Positions 31,641 through 40,362 of a stretch of DNA of 64,000 nt are shown piece by piece. The stretch comes from an uncultured cyanobacterium (GTDB taxonomy: Bacteria > Cyanobacteriota > Cyanobacteriia > Cyanobacteriales > Nostocaceae): NCBI GenBank assembly GCA_963706595.1, contig OY970166.1, positions 4,416,001 through 4,480,000 of the forward strand. The letters are read 5' to 3'. Each line of letters starts with the position of its first letter. Position 1 is the stretch's first letter. The notes beneath the pieces are model-generated. The model made no database searches. It was not told where the DNA came from and worked only from the letters and a program-made list of their open reading frames with translations. Made by a program: the position numbers and the translations under genes.

Positions 31641-33299
31641 TTACTGCCATACAAACACTTTGGCTTCGTATGGTCCTAAGTCAGTAATCATGCCATCATC
31701 ATCAGCATCAACATGATAATTGCCTGTCCATTCATGCCATGTACCACCACAGGGAAAATTAGGAATGTGATAGCTACTCAGGAAGTTTTCTGAAAAATTT
31801 GCGACAACAACGACACGAGAACCTTCTTCATTCCAGCGACTGTAAGCTAGTACCTTGGCTTCTAGGTTTTCGTGAATAAAATCAATATTTTCTGTGTAGA
31901 GGGCGTGACTATTTTTACGCAGATGAATCAACCCCTTGTAGTATTCAAATAAGTGATGATTTAAATGATTCCCTAGCAGTGACCATTCGATTTTGGATGA
32001 TTCAGGTTGTTTGGGTCTGTATTCACCAAACTCTTCTCCCATCCAAATTAAAGGTACACCAACAGATGTCATCAGAATAGCTGCTGCCAATTTAGCTCTG
32101 TTAAACCCTTCTTCCTCAAAAATCTGCCGATTAGCCAGTTCAAGCATAGTCCGTTCATGGTCGTGGTTAGTCAGATAATTAACCACATTGGTTGTACCCA
32201 TAAAGCCTTGACGTTTACCATCAATCACATCTTTGAGGCTTTCTAAATCAAAAGTATCGCCACAAATATGCACCGTAATTGTATGACGGAAACTGTCGTG
32301 CCAACAACCATCCATTGGTCCATCTATATTGGTAATACTGGTAGTTTCTGGGATGTGTTCGGCAATGTTATAAAAACTCCTAGTACCAGCAGTAGCTTTG
32401 GCTTCTTGAACAATCCAATGCATGAAATCATAGTTAGCAATTTGTCTGGCTGCATCATAGCGAATACCATCTATATGATATTCTCTAATCCAAAAACGAA
32501 TTGTATCACCAATAAACTTTCGGGCTGGGTAAGTGTCTAAAATTTCGTCGTAATGTTCGTAATTAAACTCAGGACCCCAGTTATTTTCAACGTCACGCGG
32601 AGAATGGTGATACCAATAATCATGATCAATTTGAGTTAATGGACTTGAAGCTTCTGAGTGGTTATATATGCCATCCATAATTACCCGAATGCTTCTACTA
32701 TGACATTGATCAATTAGCTGCTTTAACTCAACGGTAGAACCATAACTAGATTCGGTGGCAAAGAAATAACAAGGATTATAACCCCAGCTATAACTTCCTG
32801 GATATTCTTTGATGGGCATCAACTCAATAGCGTTGATTCCTAATTCACACAAATAATCTAACTTTTCAATGACGTGTTTATATTTTCCTCTGGCGTGTCG
32901 GTCATCTTCACCACCAGAAAAATCACCAACGTGCAATTCATAAATTACTAATTCATGGTCAGCAGGTAGAGGTTTATCATCATGTTTCCAAACGTAAGTA
33001 TCAACAATTCTTTCTCCATCTTTGATGCGGACAATACCGTGATCTTCGCCACTGGCTCCATTAATGTCAGTTGCGTAAGGATCTATCACATCAACCCACT
33101 GTTCTGGTTCAAAAAACCATGAATTTGACTGAACCCTGAATTTATATTCATAGATGCCATCTTCTAGTTCAACATTCGTCCGAAAATAGCCATCTTCGCC
33201 CCTGTCCATGGAGATTTCTTGCCAATTAGAAAAGGAGCCAATTAATGCGACTCCTTTGTTGTAAGGCGCAAATAAATTAAATTCAACGGGTGCTGCCAT
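31641..33299 (-). CDS. GH13 alpha-amylase family protein with N-terminal CBM48-like domain
   Basis: IYELHVGDF, WGYNP, DGIRYDA, AEH, NHD. Confidence 0.88.
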   Translation of the reverse strand: MAAPVEFNLFAPYNKGVALIGSFSNWQEISMDRGEDGYFRTNVELEDGIYEYKFRVQSNSWFFEPEQWVDVIDPYATDINGASGEDHGIVRIKDGERIVDTYVWKHDDKPLPADHELVIYELHVGDFSGGEDDRHARGKYKHVIEKLDYLCELGINAIELMPIKEYPGSYSWGYNPCYFFATESSYGSTVELKQLIDQCHSRSIRVIMDGIYNHSEASSPLTQIDHDYWYHHSPRDVENNWGPEFNYEHYDEILDTYPARKFIGDTIRFWIREYHIDGIRYDAARQIANYDFMHWIVQEAKATAGTRSFYNIAEHIPETTSITNIDGPMDGCWHDSFRHTITVHICGDTFDLESLKDVIDGKRQGFMGTTNVVNYLTNHDHERTMLELANRQIFEEEGFNRAKLAAAILMTSVGVPLIWMGEEFGEYRPKQPESSKIEWSLLGNHLNHHLFEYYKGLIHLRKNSHALYTENIDFIHENLEAKVLAYSRWNEEGSRVVVVANFSENFLSSYHIPNFPCGGTWHEWTGNYHVDADDDGMITDLGPYEAKVFVWQ

Positions 33300-33476
33300 A
33301 AGATGATTTTGATTAAAAAATGTAGATGTGAATATCTTCTAAATTATTAATCAATTTGCAAACCAGTCTTTAGAGATATTTATGTAACTGCTTCATCTAT
33401 CTGAAGTTAGATTCTCTTGTATCAAAATGGGTTGTTGATTGAGTATTAATTGCTGAGATTACTCATGATTAAATTA

Positions 33477-33592
33477 TATAGCAATTCGATTTAATTCCTA
33501 AAATAAGTTGTATAGGCAGGGAACAGAGAACAGCAAAGCAGGAATCCAGGACTACCGAGTTTTTTCACAAAAAATTAAATAGGAGTCCTATA
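33477..33592. mobile_element. MITE-like dispersed repeat
   Basis: TATAGCAATT...TTAAATAGGAGTCCTATA; related to the 14660 and 27325 copies. Confidence 0.5.
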
Positions 33593-33664
33593 GTATAATG
33601 CTCACTATTATTAGGTATAAATATTTATTTGAAAATCATTCATTTTTTATTTTTTCTGCTCAAT

Positions 33665-34042
33665 TTAGTCAATTTTGCCGTTAGTTTCTTGTAAATAACT
33701 TAATAACCAATTTGCGGCTGTGGCTCTACGAGTCTGTCGCGGTCCAAATTCACCAATTTTGTAACCTTTGAAACCCAACTTTTCTTTCGCTATTTGTTTA
33801 TTTTCTTGAGGAATAGAACGAGTTAATTTGACTGTAGCTGGGCGACTATCAATAAAGTCAGGTGGTTCTGGGTACTCATCTCGCCATGCTGATGCAACTT
33901 CGCTATTATCCCATTTGTCAGTTGAAGTGTTATGGCGATAGCCTAAGTAGTGCCAGACTAATTGATTGACTGTGGCATCATCAATTTGCTCATTAAAAAT
34001 TGCCCAGATTGTTTCTGTATTCAGTGGTGGTAAATTAGACAT
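33665..34042 (-). CDS. DUF1823 family protein
   Basis: LVWHYLGYR, RPATVKLTRSIP, TRRATAANWLL. Confidence 0.8.
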   Translation of the reverse strand: MSNLPPLNTETIWAIFNEQIDDATVNQLVWHYLGYRHNTSTDKWDNSEVASAWRDEYPEPPDFIDSRPATVKLTRSIPQENKQIAKEKLGFKGYKIGEFGPRQTRRATAANWLLSYLQETNGKID

Positions 34043-34250
34043 AAGCGATGAAAATTTTACAATTCACGTGTGACTAAATTCGATTCTGTCCAGCAGTTAG
34101 GCTGACTTTGATCAACTCCTACAGATCAGGATGATTTTATCTCTTTCTACACCTACTGAAAAAGTTATCCGCAAAAACGACAAGTGTTTGAGTGAAAAAT
34201 TCGGTTGTGCGTCCACAAAACAGGTAAACTTGAAATCGTAAAGCATTGAC

Positions 34251-34559
34251 TTGTCTATGCAGAATCCTACATCACTGCCCAAGATAGTCCGCGCCCATGT
34301 ATTGATTTCCGGTCGAGTACAAGGGGTAGGCTATCGCTATGCGACTGTCGATACAGCTAGCCAGTTGGGTTTAACCGGTTGGGTGCGGAATCTCCCTGAT
34401 AACAGTGTGGAGGCAGTTTTTGAAGGGGCGCGGGTGGTTGTGGAAGAGATGGTTCGCTGGTGTCACACTGGCCCCCCGGCTGCGGTGGTGAAAGATGTTG
34501 TGCTTGAGTATCAAAAACCTGAAGGTTTGCGGGGGTTTGAAGTTAGGCGCTTTGAGTAG
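34251..34559 (+). CDS. acyP: Acylphosphatase
   Basis: GRVQGVGYR, GWVRN. Confidence 0.92.
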   Translation: MSMQNPTSLPKIVRAHVLISGRVQGVGYRYATVDTASQLGLTGWVRNLPDNSVEAVFEGARVVVEEMVRWCHTGPPAAVVKDVVLEYQKPEGLRGFEVRRFE

Positions 34560-34572
34560 CCCTTTTCTAAAC

Positions 34573-34668
34573 ATTATGGTAGTTGAGGCTTTGCGAAACC
34601 CAACAAATGCTGTGGATGTTACTGGGAAAATGTTGGGTTTCACTGCGTTCTACCCAACCTACCATAAT
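34573..34668. repeat. REP/REPIN-like inverted-repeat element
   Basis: ATTATGGTAGTTG...GAAACCCAACA ... TGTTGGGTTTC...CAACCTACCATAAT inverted arms. Confidence 0.65.
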
Positions 34669-34689
34669 TTTTCTACAACATTAAGTAGG

Positions 34690-34845
34690 TTGGTTGAGTC
34701 GGACAAGTCTTCGGTTTTGCAACCTACCAAGCTATTCGACTCAGTTTTATATTCGGAGGTCGTCGCCTTCCTCGCTGGTTCAGGTCTGGACTCCCGATTG
34801 TACGCCCGATAAATTCCCATTTATCAGCTCTGACCTTTGGGAGTA
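34690..34845 (-). ncRNA. Putative structured DGR spacer (3' flank of the TR RNA)
   Basis: Hairpins 34808-34825 (GATAAAT/ATTTATC) and 34695-34743 (TGAGTCG/CGACTCA arms) directly downstream of the TR. Confidence 0.5.
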
Positions 34846-34973
34846 CTCACGCCACAGCCACAGCCACCACGCGAAAACCAACATTGTTGTTACGATTCGC
34901 GCGCGCGTTATGATTGCGATTGGCAGAACGGCAATTCCTAGCGTTGTTGATCCAACTACCGCCACGCAGCAGC
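34846..34973 (-). repeat. DGR template repeat (TR)
   Basis: 128-bp ungapped copy of 35163-35290. Reads LLRGGSWINNARNCRSANRNHNARANRNNNVGFRVVAVAVA* with 10 AAY codons; 13 of 14 mismatches are at TR adenines. Confidence 0.95.
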
Positions 34974-35026
34974 TAAAATCGACCTGCCCCATCCTCAAAT
35001 TTTCAACTGAATGAGAAATTTGATTA

Positions 35027-35055
35027 AATGTAGTGTATAATAGATTTGATATCAA
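35027..35055 (-). promoter_or_regulatory. Candidate sigma70-type promoter for the TR RNA
   Basis: TTGATA-N17-TACATT on the minus strand, ~55 bp upstream of the TR. The region is AT-rich, so a chance match is possible. Confidence 0.3.
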
Positions 35056-35081
35056 GACACCAGATTTGATAAAAAATTTTT

Positions 35082-35095
35082 CCGCCTGACGGCGG
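35082..35095 (-). promoter_or_regulatory. GC hairpin downstream of VR (candidate DGR target-recognition hairpin)
   Basis: CCGCC-GTCA-GGCGG, following a pyrimidine-rich TTGCCCT repeat tract 3' of the VR. Confidence 0.5.
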
Positions 35096-35162
35096 GGGAA
35101 AGAAGGGAAAAGAATAAGAAGTGCAGAGGGCAAAAGGGCAAGAGTGTAAAGGGCAAGGAATC

Positions 35163-35290
35163 CTCACGCCACAGCCACAGCCACCACGCGAAAACCAACA
35201 GTGTTGTCACGAGTCGCGCGCGCGAGAGGATCGCGATTGGCAGAACGGCAAGCACTAGCGAGGAGGATCCAACTACCGCCACGCAGCAGC
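35163..35290 (-). repeat. DGR variable repeat (VR) at the 3' end of the target gene
   Basis: Encodes LLRGGSWILLASACRSANRDPLARATRDNTVGFRVVAVAVA*; 10 residues differ from the TR translation. Confidence 0.95.
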
Positions 35291-38235
35291 CGATAATCAT
35301 TATCATTCCCATTTAGCCAAGCACTTCCGTCTGTGGGCGCTGCCTCGTAATTTTCGTTATATATATCTTGGCACCATTCCCATATATTACCATGCATATC
35401 GTACAAACCGAAAGAGTTTGGCAAAAAATTTCCGACATCTGTTGTTTGTCTACGACTTTCACCTTTTGGGGCTGAGGCGTAGGGAAAGTTACCGTCGTAG
35501 TTAACTAAATCTGTGGTTATGGTTTCACCAAAAGAGAAGGGTGTGGTTGTTCCCGCACGACAAGCATATTCCCATTCAGCCTCGCTGGGTAGCCTGTATT
35601 TGCGTCCTGTACTTTGACTCAATTTTTCACAAAATTCTACAGCATCATCCCAAGTCACTTGTTCTACAGGTCGTTTATCACCTTTGAAATTAGCAGGATT
35701 TGTCCCCATAATTGCTTGATACTGCGCCTGGGTAACTGGATATTTCCCCATGAAGAAGGCAGGAACATTAACCAGATGCTGGGGACTTTCACTATCGAAT
35801 CTTTCTGCTTCCTCTGGTGGTGAACCCATCAAAAAAGAACCGCCAGAAATCGCCACCATTTGCAGAGTTACGCCATTACCTACATTTTCTACAAACTGGT
35901 CTGCTGTGCGGTTGTCTCTGGCAACAATATTTCCCTGTGCATTGACTGCTACGATTTTAAATTCAAAAAAAGTCTGTAAAAAAAGAGAATCATAATTAGG
36001 TATATTATAATTCCGACTAGGATTTTGGGTAATTTGATGTGTTACCACTGATGTCAGTAAACCCACACCTCCCCAACTAAGCCAAGTTAAAAATTTCCTG
36101 CGGCTGATTATCGGGGAAATAGAATTATTCGATTTAACAAAACTCGGCTGGTGAATTGATGGCTGAGTCACTATTCCCAACTTTCGTAATTTTTTCTGTC
36201 TTTGGAGTGAGCGACTAAAATCATCTGATACTTTCATGGTAAGTACAGATTGTTTTGTCATAAAGCCGAGAAAAAGATAATCCCGTAATAGACTATCTTG
36301 AGAAGCTGGTTTAGATAATAAAGAACGGATGGAATTAGCTAATTTGGTTAAAAAACTAGGAGCTTGTGTTGCTATTTCTAACTGTAATTTGCTGAACGCG
36401 GAACCTAACCCCCTAGCCCCCTTCCCTACCAGGGAAGGGGGAACATTCAAAGCCTCTCCCCTTGTAGGGTAGAGTTTTGGAGAGGGGTTTTCCTGATCCT
36501 GTGGAAAGTCAGAACCTTGAACAGCCGTATTTAATAAATCTTCTAGCGCATTACGAATAATCTGCTGTTGTTCTGGGGTGAGTGTTGTCATCAGGTAAAC
36601 ACGCAACCAGTCTGGCATATAACCAGAACGCAGCCACGGTAAACGAGCCAAATCAGTCAAGGAACACACTTCTAATAGAGATTTTCCTGACTCTGTGGTG
36701 AGAACGTTACCCAGATAAATAGTAATATTCCAATGCAATTCCGGAAAAACCGCACAAGCACTCAACCAATAAAAACTATCCTGTCCAAGATATTTCTCCA
36801 GCGACTCCAGCATGAGATTAATCTGCTCAGATGGGGGAGGATTCCGTTCTATCCAGAGATAAGGTTGTGTCCGTAATGAATCTGGTAGAGGTATTGGCGT
36901 TTTTTCCGCCAGAAAATAAGTTGCTACACCCTGGCGTAGTCTTTGACTTAGCACCTGTAAGCCTTTAAGTGTTGCGGGTAAAATAATAAACTGTTGTGCA
37001 AGTTCTAATTCCTGATATCTCCAGTTTTCTACAGGAGTGGGTGTTAGAAATGCCCGGTTTTCCCAGTCTGTCAATTGATTTACCCAAGGTTCTAATTCAC
37101 CACTAATAGAGCTAAAAAAGTTATCTGTATCGGAGATAATAATTAGACAATGCTGACTGTATTTTGATGTAATTTCTCTGAGTCTAAGTGGGAAGCTTCC
37201 TGGCTGATGGGGAAAACACATTCTTGGGTCATCATCGAAGAAATAGATAGTAGTAAATACGCCTTCATCTTGTAAGCGCTCAATTATTTCTTCTACAAAT
37301 TTAGCTTGATGATCTCGATAGCTGGTGCGGTTAACCAGAAATAGATACTCAGGGAGAATTTGATAAGTACGATAAACTGGAGTTAGCCATCCGCCTCGGC
37401 TGAGAGTTGCATTAATAGTTTTATTGACATCAAGTTCATGAGATGGAATCTGAATTCTATATCTTAAACTCTGGGCAATTTGGCGCAAGACAATATGAGA
37501 AACTAATTTATCTTCACAGCCAGCAATAGAAATTTTGTTTAATTCGGGTTGTTTTGTTGTACTATAACGTTGCAAAAACAGATTAGCACGCCATTGCGAT
37601 CTCAAAATGAGAAATGCAACTGAGATAGTTAGATAAAGTAGTAAAATTTGCCAATTTAAAGGTAAAGTTTCCGGAGGATCTGTTTTTGTAATTTCTCCTC
37701 TGGGAGGCACTTGTGGAAGTGGTCCCGTTGCTGGTGGGGGTAATACTGGGGTTGTTGTTTCTCCTGTTGGTCGTGGTTGTCTGAAAGACCTCTTCTCTAT
37801 GGGGGATGGGAATAAGATAATATATACAAAACATAGAAGAAAAATAGTAATTAAAGTTAGCAGTCTGAGTTGCTGCATCCCATAGGAGACAGAGGGTATT
37901 TTTTCTGGTTCGACTGGATGTGGTAGAGTTTCTAGGGTTGCTTTTTCTGTTAAGAAATTAGTTCGGCTAGATAACTGAACCCATCTGTCAAAACGTTGTG
38001 GAAATTCTTCCTGCTCAATGGGTGAACTACACAAAATTGGCCCTAACAAATTTCTCAGATTCTCTGGACTATCCAATGTTGTACCCCGATCAATCAACAT
38101 CAAGATTAAATTTTGGGCTGCAATATACTGAGATATGCCAATTTTGTAACCTGCTGCTCTTAGTTCATCGATGAACTCGATCAAATCATCAGGATTTAGC
38201 CAGTTTAGATTGTTTTTGTCTGTTCCTGTATCCAC
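35164..38235 (-). CDS. Membrane vWA-like / FGE-sulfatase (CLec-fold) protein; DGR target
   Basis: N-terminal helical region, two TMs, ELDV..TI.AT...PEYLFLVNR (vWA-like, degenerate MIDAS), third TM, then FGE domain (FLMGS, RLPSEAEWEYACRAGT, FGLYDMHGNIWEW, RGGSW, GFRV). Confidence 0.85.
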   Translation of the reverse strand: MDTGTDKNNLNWLNPDDLIEFIDELRAAGYKIGISQYIAAQNLILMLIDRGTTLDSPENLRNLLGPILCSSPIEQEEFPQRFDRWVQLSSRTNFLTEKATLETLPHPVEPEKIPSVSYGMQQLRLLTLITIFLLCFVYIILFPSPIEKRSFRQPRPTGETTTPVLPPPATGPLPQVPPRGEITKTDPPETLPLNWQILLLYLTISVAFLILRSQWRANLFLQRYSTTKQPELNKISIAGCEDKLVSHIVLRQIAQSLRYRIQIPSHELDVNKTINATLSRGGWLTPVYRTYQILPEYLFLVNRTSYRDHQAKFVEEIIERLQDEGVFTTIYFFDDDPRMCFPHQPGSFPLRLREITSKYSQHCLIIISDTDNFFSSISGELEPWVNQLTDWENRAFLTPTPVENWRYQELELAQQFIILPATLKGLQVLSQRLRQGVATYFLAEKTPIPLPDSLRTQPYLWIERNPPPSEQINLMLESLEKYLGQDSFYWLSACAVFPELHWNITIYLGNVLTTESGKSLLEVCSLTDLARLPWLRSGYMPDWLRVYLMTTLTPEQQQIIRNALEDLLNTAVQGSDFPQDQENPSPKLYPTRGEALNVPPSLVGKGARGLGSAFSKLQLEIATQAPSFLTKLANSIRSLLSKPASQDSLLRDYLFLGFMTKQSVLTMKVSDDFSRSLQRQKKLRKLGIVTQPSIHQPSFVKSNNSISPIISRRKFLTWLSWGGVGLLTSVVTHQITQNPSRNYNIPNYDSLFLQTFFEFKIVAVNAQGNIVARDNRTADQFVENVGNGVTLQMVAISGGSFLMGSPPEEAERFDSESPQHLVNVPAFFMGKYPVTQAQYQAIMGTNPANFKGDKRPVEQVTWDDAVEFCEKLSQSTGRKYRLPSEAEWEYACRAGTTTPFSFGETITTDLVNYDGNFPYASAPKGESRRQTTDVGNFLPNSFGLYDMHGNIWEWCQDIYNENYEAAPTDGSAWLNGNDNDYRLLRGGSWILLASACRSANRDPLARATRDNTVGFRVVAVAVA
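36397..36510. repeat. GC-rich palindromic dispersed repeat inserted in frame in the DGR target gene
   Basis: CCCCCTTCCCT-ACC-AGGGAAGGGGG hairpin plus CCTCTCCCCTTGTAGGGTAGAG; translates as NPSPKLYPTRGEALNVPPSLVGKGARGLG. Confidence 0.6.
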
Positions 38236-39209
38236 TGTTCTACAATTTTTTTAGCTTTTTCTTGATCATCAGCAGTTTTAATTAAGCTACTCAAAGTACC
38301 AAAAACTACTTCGGGTTGCAGTAAAGGATTTTCTGATGGACTATGAAACTTTCGTAAAATTATTAGCCAACCCAATAATTCAGCCGTTGCGGGTTTTTTC
38401 CTCAAACCACTTTGGGGGGAACGTAACCTGTAAAATAAGTTAAGGGCTGCTTGCAAAAATGGACTACTACTACCAGCATTAATATTGAAACGATTAGCGA
38501 CAATCTCAGCCAGTCGCTCAATTTTGGGAAAAGGAACGTTGTAATAAATGCAACGCCTGAGAAAAGCATCAGGTAAATCTTTTTCAGAATTGCTGGTAAT
38601 AATTATAATTGGTTGTAATTCTGGTTCGGCGGCAATTTTTTCATTTCCTAACTCTGGAATCCGAAAATACATTAACTCCAATTCGTTGAGTAAATCATTG
38701 GCGAAATCACGAGGTGCTTTATCAATTTCATCAATTAAAACTACTGAACGTGTTTTTTGAGAATGTCGAGTTTCTAATGACAATAAATCTTTAACTTCAT
38801 CTGGATTTTTAGTGTGTAAAATTGCTGTTCCTAAAGCTTGAAAAGTGATGTAATCTAAAAATTTAGTTGAATCAACCCCACTTTGCACATCTTGGAATCG
38901 CTTTAAGGCATCATAAGTATAGAATAAGTCACGAGCAACGCTAGTGGACTTAGTTTCAAACTTTAACGGCTGTTCCAGTCCAAGTTCCCAAGCCAGACTG
39001 TAAGCTAGTTGAGTTTTACCGGTTCCTGGTTCGCCGGTCACAAGTAGGGGTTGTCCTAATAACAGGGCTACATTACACGCATCTTTCAAGCCTGAATCTG
39101 CAATATAATTCTTTGGCTGGAGTAATTGAGAACGGGGAGAAGTTGGCACTTTTACTGGTAAATCCAATTGTTTGCGAGTTCCATCACCTGAGTAAAAGGG
39201 GTAATTCAT
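38205..39209 (-). CDS. MoxR-family AAA+ ATPase
   Basis: Walker A GEPGTGKT, Walker B VVLIDEIDKA, FANDLL, ITSNSEKDLPDAFLRRC. Confidence 0.92.
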   Translation of the reverse strand: MNYPFYSGDGTRKQLDLPVKVPTSPRSQLLQPKNYIADSGLKDACNVALLLGQPLLVTGEPGTGKTQLAYSLAWELGLEQPLKFETKSTSVARDLFYTYDALKRFQDVQSGVDSTKFLDYITFQALGTAILHTKNPDEVKDLLSLETRHSQKTRSVVLIDEIDKAPRDFANDLLNELELMYFRIPELGNEKIAAEPELQPIIIITSNSEKDLPDAFLRRCIYYNVPFPKIERLAEIVANRFNINAGSSSPFLQAALNLFYRLRSPQSGLRKKPATAELLGWLIILRKFHSPSENPLLQPEVVFGTLSSLIKTADDQEKAKKIVEQWIQEQTKTI

Positions 39210-40319
39210 GCTGATTCATCCTGTAGGAGGGGTTTGACTAATTCAACTAATTTTTCAGCTAAATCATGCATGGGAATCGTATCAGAGTATGTTTGTTCTT
39301 CCCAAGATTCAAACATCTCTCCAACTCTTTGAATTAATGGTTCAATCATGGCTTCTCCCACTAGCTTTCTAGTATCTTCACTACGTACCCAATTTTCCAC
39401 TTCGCCCTGATTTATTCCTTCTAATTCTGGCAGAACGATTACAGAGAGAGGTTGAAAATGATTAAAATTTGAGTTAGCTAATTTTTCGAGATACTGGCGA
39501 ACTCTTTTATTTATCTGCTGACATCGATATTGTTTAGAAAAAACGCGTGAAAAACTGAATATCCACTTTATCCAGAGTTTTTTGGCAGATTTGTTGCGTT
39601 TGTTTTTATATTTAATCGATATGTAAATAATTAATTTTTGACTGATTACTGTTTCATGTAAATGATTACAAAATTCCAAGAGTTTATTCAAAATTTCAAA
39701 TTCTTGTTTTTGCAAATCTTCTGTAAGTAAAGTGGTATAAAGTATAATTGGTTCTGGATAATTGTTTAAATAATCGGTGATTTTTTCCAAAGAGTAGAAA
39801 CTATTTCCCAAAACACCCTTTGTTAGACTTTTATATAACTCATTTCGTAGTTGATGCAAATTTTTTAATTTTGAAGGACATTCCAGTTGATATGTTGTCT
39901 TACTAATTGATTGGTGTGAAAGTATCTCTAGCCATTTAGGGAGAGCAAAGGTTTGTATGCGTTCTAAAAAGTTGTGATGACATTGGGATTCATCTCCATG
40001 AACAATGCAAACTAAATGACCAGGAGAATCTTGCTTGAGAAATTTCAGAAATGTTTCACCTAGTTGTGATTCCTGTTCTTTCCGGTTGGTTAAATAGGGT
40101 AGGAGTGGTGGAAGTTCTTTTTTAAATGGAGTCGGGGGTTTTTGGAAACTGCTTGACCCACTTTGATGAAAGGTAACATTTTTGGACGTGTTGGAAATTT
40201 AGAGCCTGTCCATTATCCAATTGACCAATACTCTGCCCAAAATTTTGACCTACTTCCTGCTGAATTTCATTCTTTGACTGGGGTGGTTGAGGTTCTCCCT
40301 GGTTTGGTTCTTGAGTCAT
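39206..40319 (-). pseudogene. Inactive-STAND (iSTAND)-like protein with N-terminal Q/N/G motif, split by a +1 frameshift
   Basis: The 65-aa ORF (40122-40319) and 217-aa ORF (39206-39859) join into one 370-aa ORF if one A is removed from the A5 run at 40179-40183. The restored segment reads LLPYLTNRKEQE...LVCIVHGDESQCHHNFLERI. The stop overlaps the MoxR start (ATGA). Confidence 0.7.
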
Positions 40320-40362
40320 TTTTTCGCAAACTTATGGCATCACTTCGTATTAGACTAATTGA

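Noticed and set aside
34780..35133. 117-aa ORF over the TR (and 86-aa ORF 35052-35312 over the VR) as possible Avd or small membrane proteins
   Set aside because: They are alternative-frame readings of the TR/VR repeat, hence their mutual similarity. No resemblance to the Avd four-helix bundle.
34846..35290. TR/VR as a simple tandem duplication or CRISPR-like repeat
   Set aside because: Only two copies, and 13 of 14 differences fall on adenines of one copy, which random drift would not produce.
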